Origin: Spironucleus salmonicida
Taxonomy: Eukaryota
Assembly: GCF_000497125.1 (NCBI RefSeq)
Contig: NC_090597.1
Location: forward strand, 1,251,797-1,315,796
Direction of reading: 5' to 3'
Length of the DNA stretch: 64,000 bases
Positions 26,701 through 40,327 of this stretch are shown here, one piece after another. A program made the position numbers and the translations under genes. Each line of letters starts with the position of its first letter. The stretch's first letter is position 1. The notes under the pieces are model-generated. The model searched no databases and was not told the origin of the DNA. It saw only the letters and a list, made by a program, of their open reading frames with translations.

Positions 26701-27787
26701 TATTGAGTCTCTAAATAGCAGAATATTATATTATATTCATGTAGAAACTAGTATTGTTTTTTCTGTAAATTGAATGCATATTTATTGTATATCTGTAATG
26801 CGATAATTGTATGCAAATATAATAAAATCGATTCGATAATCCCCTCTATTAATAATTATTGTTAAATAATAAATATTTAATGTAGCGGTTTGCTCTGTAA
26901 AGTAACTAATATAAATTTGATTTTTAAATCATTTATTCTTCAGTAAATAACATGTGACTTATCAGTAACAAAGCACATACGGTAATATGTTGTTGGAAAG
27001 ATATGAATACTAATTATAGTAATATAAATTTGATAATTTAAGTTGTTGGTTTTAAGTTTAGTAGTTATTTTCATTCCAGGTTGATATATTTTTAAGCAAA
27101 TAAAATCTACCTTTGCATTAAAAATCAATTATAAAATTTTATGAGTCAGAAATTTATGGTTATAAACTGTCATATAAATCTATATATAAATACCGATTGA
27201 AAAATACAATACTAAAAGTTTGATTTCTTAAAAAAGTATATTTATTATATTAAAAATATTGATGTAAATATATAGTATTATTAATCTTAACGTTTACTAT
27301 TGTTTATATATAGCTAATTTCAATTTTCTTATTAGAAAAAATTTAAATAGTCTTCTATATAACATATAGGTCATGTACGAACTTAAATATACATACATTA
27401 TAAACATTCACTTAGTAGGACTAGACAACTAAGAATACAACAAAACACTCTTCAATTTACTGGATGGTTAAGTACAAATTAATACAAGTGAACAATGATA
27501 TCTGAAGATTTTAAATGCAAAAATATGCATTAAATATAATTAATCACGATATATACCAATTTACCGCGAGATATTAGTATAAATAAATACCAAAATAGTT
27601 ACAAAAATAATAACATCCAGCATATAATAAAATTGATAACTTATATTAAGACTTGGATTATTACTGTATTTATTAGTTTAACATAATAATTGAGACTTAA
27701 TATCATTTATTCTCTTGTAAAAAGTGAAGTTATAACTAATATATAACAATAATTATTGTTTATAAATATCAATTTTTCCTTTCCTTA

Positions 27788-28195
27788 ATGTCTGAATAAT
27801 AAGCTGAAGTAGTAGTTTCTCCTCCATAGAAGAAAACTTTAGAATAGTTAGCGTAAGAAAAAAAGGTAATATATCTTGCTGAAAAAGAGGCCAAAAAATT
27901 GTCTGCTCCATAAAAATAAAAAATAGTCAAAAAAGAGATGAAGCGCTCTGCTATTACTATAATTTCTTCTTCAGCTGCTGGTGTTCATATTGAGAATTTA
28001 CCTAAAGTTACACCATAAGATGTTTAAGACCTTATTTAGGCCTCCATAGGCACTAAAAATGTGTAAGTATCTAGATAAGGAAATAAATGGTCTATTACCA
28101 GCTTGAATTCTTAAAAGTAAGCACAACTTGTTTAAAAATTAAACGGTAGTTTCTGTAAGGAGTCTGCTAAGAACTTAAAAGTTTATATAAAGTGA
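27788..28195 (+). CDS. Small protein with possible C-terminal RRM-like fold, 135 aa
   Basis: GVHIENLPKVTPQDVQDLI...LVQKLNGS...LKVYIK, ends AAG TGA. Confidence 0.6.
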
Positions 28196-28325
28196 TGCAT
28201 TCTAATTCAAGATGAACTAGTAATATTTATTTAATATTTTTACAAAAGAAAAAGCTGGACATTTCTATAATATAGATAAGGCAAGTGTAATTTAATTATA
28301 GAACCCTTTAAATATAAAACTCACA

Positions 28326-28640
28326 TCATTTATAATACTTTAACCGCAAATCGTAGCAATTTTATAGCATCATTTAAATTTATTACCGCTCTACTTATAT
28401 CATCGATTAAATAAACTCTGTCTTGACAATATAACTTTATGTAATTACTTAGAGAGAATTAAGCTTGTAATATATAGGCTTAAATTTAGATGGTACAAAT
28501 TCCTCTTCTGATTCAGATTCTACTAGTTGTAACTGTTGCTAAAGTCCTGCACGGTTATTTTTTATCTGTGTGTTAAAGGTTACTAGGTGGAGATGTGTAG
28601 ACTTACCATATCTCTACTAGTGCGCGTTGTCCGTTCTCAT
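28326..28640 (-). CDS. Hypothetical protein, 104 aa
   Basis: Open code-6 frame with an acidic patch ESESEEEF. Confidence 0.4.
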
Positions 28641-28791
28641 TATTTAAATTCGATGATAATAGATTAAAATATAATTAATGATGGATTGACAATTTGTAGA
28701 TTTTATATATTCAATTATAATATAGTTTAGCTATAAAATATCAATATTATTAATAATATAATTATTATATGTTTAACTATTATAATTAGAA

Positions 28792-29127
28792 ATGCAAATA
28801 ACCAATTTGGTAAGTGGTGCATTAACCAATATAATCACTAAGTTCAATCTTCCTACAAGCCAGCTTGATTATGTACAGAATTAAAAGTTAACGCACCCAA
28901 ATGATTTTCTTTTCTATGTATTTGATGTCAACTAAATAGGGGTATTAACGATAGAGCATTTCATTAGTTGTGCATCGCTTTTTGAACTAACTTTATCTGT
29001 TGATGATATATAATAGATGATTTAGCTTATTAGCTTCGATTAAGATGATCCTATTGATCTAGAAATATTTGACCGTTTGCTAATCCTGATCCGGGAAATT
29101 GGAGTCAAAATTGGTTGCTTTTGGTGA
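28792..29127 (+). CDS. Degenerate EF-hand (calmodulin/centrin-like) protein, 111 aa
   Basis: FYVFDVNQIGVLTIEHF...LSVDDIQQMI...FDQDDPIDLEIF. Confidence 0.65.
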
Positions 29128-29593
29128 ATTTTTTATGTATTTATTCTAAAAATTCAATTATACCACCGATTCCCCTTCCGCATATATATTTTCCCCCAAC
29201 AACAACTTATTAATTTTAGTATACTGCACCCTGCACTTCAAGACCAGGGTACGTGCACACTGGAATTTGATGCCAAATTTTCCATTAAACTAACGCAGAA
29301 GCAGATGAAATAGTAAAAATATACTTTGATTACAAGTGGTACTATTAAAAAAGTTATTTTGCAACAGAATTTTTTATTAATTGTTTAAACCCTTGGCCAC
29401 CTGGTAGTAAAATTGCATCACAAATAGGAGGAATAAAAGTTGTATCAGGAATCAAAACTGTACCATGAGAAAGTGTAATCGGTGTTGTTTATGCATAAAT
29501 AACTACTATATATCCATTTTAGCGTAGAAAGTCAGCTGAACATATTAGTTCAATATCATCCGCTTATTAATACGCAAAAATTAATATTTTCAT
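29105..29593 (-). CDS. DJ-1/PfpI (ThiJ) family protein, 162 aa
   Basis: MKILIF..ADDIEL...DFLRQNG, SHGTVLIPD, DAILLPGG, TISSAS, CTYPG, VVVGGKYICGRGIG. Confidence 0.82.
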
Positions 29594-29645
29594 TTTTAGA
29601 ATATATAATATTTATACGAAATATAATATAAAAAGAGAATTAAAA

Positions 29646-31931
29646 ATGCAATCTACTACTTTGATTTAATAGCATTAACTGCTATAGCTCAAACTGAACG
29701 TAGTAACTGCAACAGATAATATAAGTTTGGAAGAGGCTAGAATGAAAAGAAGGAGTTACTAGGAGTTACTAGGTACCCAATTTGGAGTCCAATTAGGAGA
29801 TGGAGAGGTATTAAATAGGTAGTCATTATCTAAGTTGTCTTCTCATGAGTTAAGCTAGCTATTATATAAACTAATTTAACAAAAAGTTAGCAATATGGGA
29901 TGTTCGGATTTGGATAGTTTACTGACCAGTTCAATTTGCAGATCAAAAGATTTACTAAATGCAGACAAATAGGTAGAAGGAAGTCTACGATTAGCATAGA
30001 AAATAAATATTAAGTAGAAAAAATCTACACCTATAAATTAGAATATTGATTAAAATAGAATTAAGACTTCTGTAATTGCAGATGAGAAGATACTTCATAT
30101 AATTGGGTCAGCTATCAGCTCTATCGATATTGAAGACGAGGAAATTTAGTAAATTATTGAGAAACATGCAATATATTCTAAGCAATAATAAAATACACCA
30201 ATTAGTTATTTGTATAAACCTGATACTTAAAAACTATAATGTGAATCATAAATAAACTAGATTATAAATAAAACAAATGAAAAATGTAAAAACTTAGATA
30301 GTCAGAAGCTTACACTAAGTAAATTAGGGTTAACTTAGAATAAAAACTAAAATATTACATCTCCATCTAAGGATCTCGGAGAAGTAGTTTTAAGAAAAGC
30401 AAAAATTTCTTAGAACTAATTATAATCTGTTCTTAAGGAAAATAATTAAGAAGATAATATATATTAATAGAATTTAGATTTATAGGCGATAGAAAAGAGT
30501 TTTTCATTATTAAATTAAAGTATGACTTCTCAGAGCGACGAATCAACTTCTTATTTTTCTTAGAGTTTTATAGGTAGAAAAACAGAACTAGTTTACAATT
30601 CTTTAACTAATGGTGGAGTTCAAAATTCCGAGTAATATAATAGTAAATAATAGAAAAATTCTATTCAGCAATCTCCACAATAATTATTGTAGTCTAATTT
30701 ATATTAAACACGTGATCACCAGGAAGATGGTTAATAATAATTATAATAAGGTATTTCCTAATAATAAAAATTTCAGAAATAATAATTACAAAGTGAAGAA
30801 AATGATTAAGAGCCACTATAATTGTAAAACTAATAGAATAAAATTATTATACCTTAGTCAACTGAGCAATAATAACTTACAATTTCATCAAATATCATGC
30901 ATAAAAATTAGTCTGATTATTCTTTCAAATCCAATAGCATTAAAGATGATAAATATTTAAATTAAGAAAATATAGACCAAAAAATCTAATCTAATGTGCA
31001 AAAATTCCTATATTAAAATTTAGACTAGACAGTCCTAAATTCACCAAAAGTTGATGTATTTGGACAAATTATTCAAAGAAAGTCAATTGGTTAAAATTTT
31101 GAAGAAGAAAAATCTTAAAAGCAATATCTTAACTCTTAACTGAATACTATTCTTATGGGAAAATAACCTCTTAAATCAGAAGAAAATAATTAAATCATTA
31201 AGCAATAACAAGAAACTGATAATTTCAAGACAAACTAACAGGAAACTCAGTATAAATAAGAAGAAAGTATTGGTATAGAATAGTGTAAAGATATTATGTG
31301 TAAATCATAGAGGCTGTTGAGTAATTCAAGTTCTGGAGAAAATAATACTGGGGTAAATTAGTCATTACTTTCTGATAATTCTAGCATATTATCATAAGGC
31401 CAAAGTCGACGAAATAGGTCTTCGCTATAATTAGTGTAAACAGCAAAAGATATTGATGAAGACGATAATTTATAAAATTAGTAATAATAAATATTATAGT
31501 AAGGAAATTCTTCTAATTTTGAAAATTCATATATAGCTATTGGGAATAATGATGTACTGTAATAAAAAATGACTAGGTTTAATAATGAAGTACCAAGTTC
31601 TCCAAAGATAGATGTATTCGGGTAAACTATTTAATTGTCTCCATAAAATGCCTCTGTATCCTCTTAAAATTCATCTAGTCAGTTTAAAACAATAATGTTA
31701 ACACCTTCTCCTTAAAAAAACCATTAGAGAATTCTTAATAGCCCATTAATCACGAGTATCTAGACTGAAACTCTTCATAAAAATTAGATGAATTTTGCAA
31801 AAATAGATCAGAAATACGATAAAGATCAGATTAAAAATGTGATGTCGAGACTCAGCTCAAATTAAACCGTATTTGAGTAAGATTAGCTAGTTAAAATTTA
31901 TTTAGACTAGATTGGAGATTCTAAAAAATGA
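29646..31931 (+). CDS. Large Q/N-rich low-complexity protein, ~761 aa
   Basis: Very TAA/TAG-rich long frame in code 6. ATG and TGA are in the same frame; the interior was not checked codon by codon. Confidence 0.6.
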
Positions 31932-32604
31932 TTTATTTTATATTATTTATACTAAATTAATATTACAAAATCCTGCAATATTATATATTCCTCGATGTAA
32001 AATATACGCTTTAATAACATCTTAATTAAATATTAACATTTATATATAGTAATATGCTAACCTATTTTATATTCTAAAAAGTAAACTAACCAAAATAAAT
32101 TGTGTCGTTGAATTTTGAAATACTAAAAGTAAGCAATCTTACAATCAGGATTGATTGAAATTTTAGTATTATGATTATAATTTTAGGTGTAAACATTAAA
32201 TAATTTAATATATTAATAACTCTTGGTATAAAGATGGAAGATATCATTAATATTTTTATCATTTTTGTGGTTCGATTTAAATTGATATTCAACACTACAT
32301 CTTTGCATACGAAAATTATTTGGCCAATAAATTCAATTTCTTTGAAATTCTAAAAACATATTTGGTAGATAGATTTTTTTTGCAAATTAGTCATATCAGT
32401 CACTCAGTTCGAGCTCATTCAGAGACTAAACTAGTTCTATCAGTTTTAATTGCTAATATTCTAGCTATTATATGGAATTTAAGTTACTAGGTTTATGTCT
32501 TCTTTAAAACGTTCTATATGACTTCTTTGCTTAGAAATAATCATTAAGATTCATTTTTACGATTTGTAATTTCATAATAAATGATATCGAGTAATAAATG
32601 TTAG

Positions 32605-32675
32605 GCACCACTAGTATAGCGGTAGTATGGCACCCTTCCAAGGTGTATGTCCGGGTTCGACTCCCGGGTGGCGCA
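32605..32675 (+). tRNA. tRNA-Gly (anticodon TCC)
   Basis: Cloverleaf with acceptor GCACCAC/GTGGCGC, anticodon arm GCACC-CTTCCAA-GGTGT and T-arm CCGGG-TTCGACT-CCCGG. Confidence 0.9.
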
Positions 32676-32796
32676 CATTTTATGTATGTTTTAACTTATG
32701 TAAAAATAGAACTGAGAAATAATATTATGATACTAGAGTTAATATGTTTAAAATTATAGTACAATAATTATATTATAAAAATATATTTAATTAAAA

Positions 32797-34341
32797 ATGC
32801 GTAAGCCGTAGACTTTAGTTCCTCATCATGGTACTGTATTAGCAGCGACTCCATTCTTTATATTTACATTTATAGGTTAATTTTTAGATTCATATGCAAT
32901 TGGTACAGCTTTACCATAAATTTAACAAGAACTGAACATAAGTCTTACGTAGGCTTAATGGATATTGACTATTTTTTACTTAGCAAATGCTGCATCAGCG
33001 ATACCACTTTCACGGTTAGGTGATAAATATGGTTATGTAATAGTTATGATATTACTTCTTTTACTGTCATTTGTTTTTGAACTAACCTAAGGATTTGCAA
33101 AGAATTTTATTACTTTAGTAATATTACGATTTTTTACCGGATTTTTTCTTTCAGGTATGATATCAAATAGAAATGCAATGAATCGTCTTCTTCCACCATA
33201 AGATAAAACACTTAAATTCCTATAAATGTATCTTTTAATAGCAAATTCTATATAGCTGTTGTCACCATTTATAACCGGTGTAATTATTTCATTTTCTAGT
33301 TGGAGAATTTGTATTTTCATTGCTTCTGGTTGCTATTTCGTATCATCATTACTTTTACTTTTGTATACGAATCCTACTGATTTGGATAGAAAGTAAAAAT
33401 TTGATATACTAGGTGCTTTTACTTTAGTTGTTGCTTTAACTTCATTTTGCCTACTTTTTACTTTTATTGGATAGTAAATTTGGATAGGAGTTGGAGTTTG
33501 CTCGGCTACATTCATTATAGGCTTGGTTTGTTTCTATTTTGTGGAAAAGAAAGCAAAATTTCCTATATTTCCGTTGTATTTAACAAAAAATCCAGTTTTT
33601 GCAATTATATTTACGTAAATATTAATATACATAGTTTTAAGTGGTTAAAGCTATATGATGCCATACTATATTTATACTAAAAATTTATCTCCTTTAACTA
33701 CTTCTTTTGTATTCACAGGTTCAAGCATTTTATCTGTTTTATCATCTATTATCACTCCATTTATTTAGAAAAAAGTTTTAAACAGAGTCTTATTGGTTTT
33801 ATTGGGATTAGTTTCATTGTCATTTGCCATTATTATGATTTTTGTGCTCGATAACTTCTGGGGGTTCTGTGTTTGCTACTGGTTAATAGAATTTCCTTTA
33901 CAAATGTCATTAGTTGTTTTATATCCATTAACCTTATTTTCAGTTCCTCGCCACTTAGCATCATAAGTATCAGCGATTCCAACAACATCAAGGACAGTAG
34001 GTATGAGTATAGCATATTGTGTGTTTGCTATGGTTTAATAACTGGCTGTCTAAGGATCATAGCTTAGTTCATAGGTAGAAAAAGAAATATTCTCATATAA
34101 AATGACATATGTTATCCCAATCCCAGTATTAATTGTTAGTATGATATTGGTTTGGTTTAGAATCGCCATTTCTGAAAGTGAGACAAACAAAAAAGGATAT
34201 AATGAGAAATGGCTTAGATTCTTAAAAGATATCCCAATTTAAGCTCAAGCAGAAGTAGAACCTCAACACTCAAACGTATATGCAGATGAATCAGAAATGC
34301 TAGATAGTCATAACGTAACGGAAAGATTACAGATGAAATGA
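32797..34341 (+). CDS. MFS transporter (DHA2/EmrB-QacA-like), 514 aa
   Basis: FLDSYAIGTALPQIQQEL...QWILT.FYLA...SRLGDKYG, WRICIF, KFDILG and many TM helices. Confidence 0.88.
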
Positions 34342-34528
34342 TTTATATGATTTAGTTACTATTATACCCAGTTTAGTTTCTAAGATTACAAATCTATTTT
34401 TAAATTCTTAGAAAATTATATATAATATACATAAATTGGGATATTAGTATAAGGCTAACCAGCGTTTAATTAATTGTTTGTTATAAATAATTATATATTA
34501 TTTATTATATACTTACTACTTCCTTTTA

Positions 34529-34867
34529 ATGTACCGCGCTACTAGATCAGCAAACCTGTCTTCCAGAAAAATTATTGATGAGGAGCCATAAAAACCACTA
34601 AAAGTTAACATACGTTCTTCTGCGTTTAACAATAAAAACTATGTTGAGTTTAGAAAGTAGCAAAAACAATTTGTAAACTACCCAACCGACTCCGTAGAGA
34701 ATTTTAATGAGCGGAACGAACGCTAGAAGAGAATTTCATAGTATCTTCACTAAATTCCAGCCTGCTTTGATTTCTCAGACACAATACCTAGCACCTGTAA
34801 ATCGCACTGGCTCCCATACGCAAGACATAGCCCACACCAGAAACTTACTAAAACTTTGTGGATCTGA
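34529..34867 (+). CDS. Hypothetical protein, 112 aa
   Basis: tccttttaATG context and an open code-6 frame. Confidence 0.5.
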
Positions 34868-35600
34868 ACTTTAATATATTATTTTATAATTTTAACCATA
34901 TAATATAAAAAATGATACAAAATTTATAACCTCTTCCCCTGAATACGCTGAAAACCATACGAAAACCAGCCATATAACTCACCAAACCCCCACTTCAGAT
35001 AAATTTGCCCCATCCAAAACGACCATATATGCCAAAATAATCCGCCTAGAAATCAAAAATTCCAGCACTATCGTTTCGAGAAACTGGCTAAAAATCTCAA
35101 AAATTAGCATTTTCGCATTAATTTTAATCAAAAAATACTGGTCATAAATGGCGTCAATTTGATAAGGTCCAATTGTCGTAAATAAACTTTTCGAAAATGG
35201 AATTCGATTGATGGATATGATTTTTGAGAATTTGCTATATTTACTAAAAAGCCAAATGATATTGCTGGAAATTTCATAAATAGGATTTCGATGCAATGAA
35301 ATGGGGAAATTAGCAGTAAATTTAATTTTTTTACCTGATAGTTCGGCGATAAGATTTCTTAAAATTTTTTAATTTTAGAGTGTTTCTATTTTAATCTAGA
35401 ATGATATATGATTGAAATTGATCCAGTACGAGACTAGTGTGATATTGAGATGATTGATTGGGTGGTGGCTCAGTATTAAAACGTATAATAGTTTGCTTTC
35501 TAGCTAATTTAGCAATGTATAGAAAAATATTGTCATTTTCATGGCATGCACCTAATAAAACGGTATAAATTATATCTTGCTACGCAAATGTTGAAAATTC

Positions 35601-36770
35601 TCACTCACAGTCACTATTTACATCTCCTATATCATAGGTTCTAGATTCTGTACTTCCAAATCCTTTTTGTGTAACTCTAACATTCCAATTAAGCCCGTCT
35701 CTTAGGCTTTTAAAGAAATCAACACTCTCTTCTACTTCACATATTGTAAATAGTGAATCTTCTGCTTTCTGCATAAATATGTGAATGCTTTCACCTGGGG
35801 CTATCTCGATATTTTATCGGCCATCCACAGATGCAGTTCCAGAAGCACGTGCATTTCTATCTATTTTTACTGTTATTACGTCTTAATCGCTTAATATTAA
35901 TTATTTACTACTCATTACATGAGGACAAACTGGGGTTAAAAGAATACAGTCTACAGATGACTTTACAGGTACTCCACCTGCACTAAGCGCATAAGCAGTA
36001 CTTCCAGTTGGAGTTGATATTAAAAGACCATCTGCTTGAATTCTAGCAATAAAACGATTATTTACAAATACTAATAGATTTGTTAAAAAGGCACTAAAAC
36101 CTCTATGTATATAAATTTCATTTAAGGATAGAAATTAATGTTATTTATGGCGCACAACGAGACGTCGCCTTCTAACTAAATTGAGTGGCCCAGTAAGCAA
36201 CTTTTAAATTAAATTATCTGCACCTAAAACACTTAAAAACCCTAAAGAACCACCGTTAACAGCAGCTATTGGTGGAGGTTTAAAATTAAATTTACTAGAT
36301 GCATGTAATACACTACCATCTCCCCCAATAACGATAGCTAAGTCAACCATTTATTAATTATTAAAAACTCCCAAAGAGAAAATCTCAGCATCATGCGGAT
36401 CTGTATAGACAGTTAAATGTAAACTTTTCAGCTAAGCTAAAATATTTTTAAAGATTTATAGTGCGTAATCATCATTTGGTTTTCTTGTTAAATAGAATGA
36501 GTGTGGGGATCGAATCCAATGAAGCTGATTTTGAACATCAATATAAAATGAACATGTAGATTCTGGTTATTGTTATAAAGATTTAAGATTGAGAAAAGGC
36601 AAATCTATAGGCGGTTGTGTAGTTTATGTTAATGTTGATGAGGATGGAGATGATGGAGGAGATTCACGCTAGTTATCTATATATTTGGTAATATCTTCTT
36701 CATTAATGGTTAAAGCATCAATTTAAAGTTAATCGAGGATGTGTTTCCGCTCTTAGTAATTTAAATTCAT
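35601..36770 (-). CDS. NAD kinase, 389 aa
   Basis: DLAIVIGGDGVVLH, VNGGSLGFL, LNEIYI, QADGLLISTPTGSTAYALSAGG, LTPVCPH, VDGR. Confidence 0.93.
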
Positions 36771-36878
36771 TTAATAGTATTTAATAAATTATATATAAAT
36801 ATTAATATAATACAAATAGTAATATTTCATAATTTAGTATATATTAATATATAATCATATTTTATAGATATTTATTAA

Positions 36879-38144
36879 ATGTACCCCAATCCTTAGTAAT
36901 TTGATGATATTCATCATACTGAAATTGCTATTACACGGTTATTTAAATTAAAAGAAAATTCGTTAACATATTAAGAGGAAAATCGCATTTACTTAAGAGA
37001 ATTCTTAGACGGCCCTATTAATAATGATGATAAGGTTTTGGCATTACACGAATTATCGAGAGTTTATTATTGTTATCCTGTTAGTATTTATGATCCTAGC
37101 TTATCTCATTATGAACTTCGATCAAAAGTTGAGAATGATTCAAATTGGACTAATCTACCTATAGACTAAATAATTTTTTAATGTTAGTATACATAAATAA
37201 CTATTGGATGCCCACATCGGGTTTCAGCTGCAGAATTATACTGCTATTTATGTGAAAAATTTTACGGATGCAGATTCTGTCATGATGAGGCAGATCTTGA
37301 TCATCTCATAGATGTAGAGAAAGTTTAGCAAGTTAGATGTCGAAAGTGTAATTAAATATAAAAATTTTCAGTATAGTGTACATCCTGTGGTCAGCTTTTT
37401 GGTTTGAGGTCACAACTTTGTATTCCATGTAAAAGGTTAGATTATGTTGGACCTGACGTTCGCCCTTCTGTGCATTGTATAGCATGTTAGCGTTGCTATG
37501 TTTCTTTACCAAATTAATTAGTACATTGTGATGCTTGTAATATATGCGTAAAAACTCAAAATTATTCAAACCATAATTGTTCTGATATGACTTGTTCAGT
37601 CTGCTTGGCCTCTATTTAGTCAAATTTTATGTCTTATATAACTCTTAACTGTGGCCATTATTTACATAGTGTCTGCAGGCATCAAATGCTAGAAAATGGA
37701 AATTACAAATGTCCAATTTGTCGTAAAAGTATACTTTTAGAAGGGGAAAACGATGCATATGTTAAATAATTAACTCGAATCAATGCATTTTATGCATTTA
37801 GCCCTGAAATTTAAGTAACATGTGAAATCTAATGTGATGAATGTGGATATAAGTTTGAAGAAAGTGGAAAAGTTCAATTTAGATGCAAGAAATGTAACTC
37901 GTTCAATACTTAAATAATTGAGAGAAGCGAAACTGCAATTCCAGTATATACTGATTTATGTAATGAGTTGGTTCAGGTGTTTTTTGGTATTCCGTCATGT
38001 AGCATTAACGTTAAATTAGTTATGCTCACTGTTAGTTCGATGCATATTACAGAAATGGAGACGATCAGCTATAATAAATTTTTAGAAAAATGCAATTCAT
38101 ATTCATAATATGATTCTGACATTGATTTTAACAGTGTTGAATGA
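36879..38144 (+). CDS. CHY zinc finger plus RING-H2 E3 ligase (Pirh2/RCHY1-like), 421 aa
   Basis: GCPH...CEKFYGCRFCHDE, HCDACNIC, CSVCL...LNCGHYLHSVC...YKCPICRK and a C-terminal zinc ribbon. Confidence 0.9.
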
Positions 38145-38898
38145 AAAATCATTTTATGATTTGATAAGGCCATTTAATGAATTTTTCCTTAAGCTAATAT
38201 TTACTTTTAGAATAATACTGCGTCCAAATTTACAGTTTTTAAAGTATAATATTAGAAATTCTAAGACTACACCTGTTGTTTCATTTATAATCAGATTAGG
38301 ACTTATTATACAAAGTAATTATTTAAATCATATTAATCCATTTGTATTATTAAATTTATCTAGTATTTAATTATATTAATATAGTAATGCAGATTTATTT
38401 GTATTTTTTAACATTTGTAGTTTGGGTATCCAGTAGCTAGGATGCTTCAATCATTTACCTCTGATATTTATATATTGTATTTTATCTTTACACTATTCTT
38501 TTATTAAATATTCTATTATAGAAATTATTAAAGATAAAGCTTCGCTTAACCAGATTTATCCTAGCATTAAGTATTATTTTGAAAGTTTGCAATTCATTCT
38601 ATAGTATTTAAAGATATTAGATTATTTAACATGTATATACTATATTCCTGCAATGATAACTTATTATTTATAATTAATCATATAATTTCCGTAATAATAT
38701 TTATAGAGTATTTTTCAACACTGTATTAAATTTAAAACTCATAGTGCTTATGGATACTATTTGCTATAATATATAAATAACATCTATTTAACTAATTATA
38801 ATTCTGTTTACTGTGAATATAAAACATTAATCATACTACTTATTTATAAAAACTGATATAAATATAGTATATGTTATATTATATACAATTTTTCCAAA

Positions 38899-39828
38899 AT
38901 GACACTAATTTAGAGTAATATTACGTCCTCACAATAGACTGGAATGTACTCCATTTCAGACAGCATTCACTCTCAAATTGTGGAGCATTCGATTATGTGC
39001 AAGACGTACGGGGACATTGAATTCTAGTACTCGTCCATGCAGACCGACTCAGATATGCGGCCCTATGTAGGGGAACCGTTCCAGCAGCCGTCAACGATCA
39101 TCATCACCAAGTGCGTAACGGGTGCGTACCTGCAGTGCGACCTCTCCAACATCAAAAAGATCCTGGTGAAGTGCAGCCTGCCGTCCAACCATCTCATTGT
39201 GAACATCCCGTCGCTACGGCACCTTGAGCTTGTGAACACGAAACTGCAGATTATAGATGCCTTCCACGCGCAGAAGCTCGTGTCCCTGAAGATCAAGGAC
39301 CCTCTGACTAACCTGAGGCTGGTATCGCTCCCGAAAGCCCTCGAGTCGCTCTACATCGACACCCCGGACGCTATGATCTACCCCGACATAGAGAAGCGGC
39401 AGATCGACTACCTGTACCTTTCGAACGTCCAGTGCTACTACAATCCTCAGTCGCCCACCGTCGCCATCTACTTCGACCTCAAGAAGCTGAGGTTCGCTCC
39501 GGTTGCTGGGTCGGCTCTCGCGGACACCATCCCCGCGGTTCTGCCGCAGCAGCCATCTAACCTGCAGACCCTGTTTCGGCTCCACCAGCGCTTCCTCAAA
39601 CTGGGCGTGCTGGAGGGAAACCTCCAAGACGAGGACTCGATAGACAGCAACTGCAACGACGATGCGACTAGGCTCAACCAGCTGGAGGCACAGAAGTCGC
39701 TCGTTATGAAACGGCTGTCGTACCTGAGGGCACCGTCGAGCCAGATGTTCCCGCAGATGATGGCGTCCACCTCGTCCATTTTCGTCAACAATATTATTGA
39801 GCCCAGCTCACTTGATAGTGATGAGTGA
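38899..39828 (+). CDS. GC-rich LRR-like protein, full-length copy 2, 309 aa
   Basis: ttttccaaaATG start in frame with the track ORF (MTLIQSNITSSQQ...). LRR-like IPSLRHLELVNTKL and LPKALESLYID. Confidence 0.78.
38977..39828 (+). repeat. 852-bp direct repeat, partner 16697-17548
   Basis: Direct sequence comparison. Confidence 0.95.
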
Positions 39829-40327
39829 GGTTGGGATATTTGAAGGATTGTATAAGTACGTATATAATTTAGATGATTTGAATGAATTAATTTCTTCATT
39901 GGACAATAAATTTTCTAGAAGTTCAGAATTAAATTTGAAAAAGTTATAAATTATTAAAAATTTAATTTTATATGTTCTTTATTTAAGGGATTTTATTTTA
40001 ATATAAGTTCATTCAGTATTTTTATTTTATTAAAATTATTATATCTAAAAACCATTATTATTGATAATTCCTATATTAGAATAATTTTTATTTTCAAGCT
40101 AGGCTATTGTTAGAATGTAATTAAGATATTATCTTATTAAATATATGTCGGGTTTTAGTCATCAAATAATAAGATATAAATCGTATACACTTTAGCACAC
40201 TTTAAAAAAACAAATATAATTATATTTATTAGTTATTCGGATAAATACTCGATATAATAACTTAAGCAAAGAAACTAAATCCTTTATAAGCTATAATGTT
40301 ATATTAATATTAGTTACTTTAAAATAA

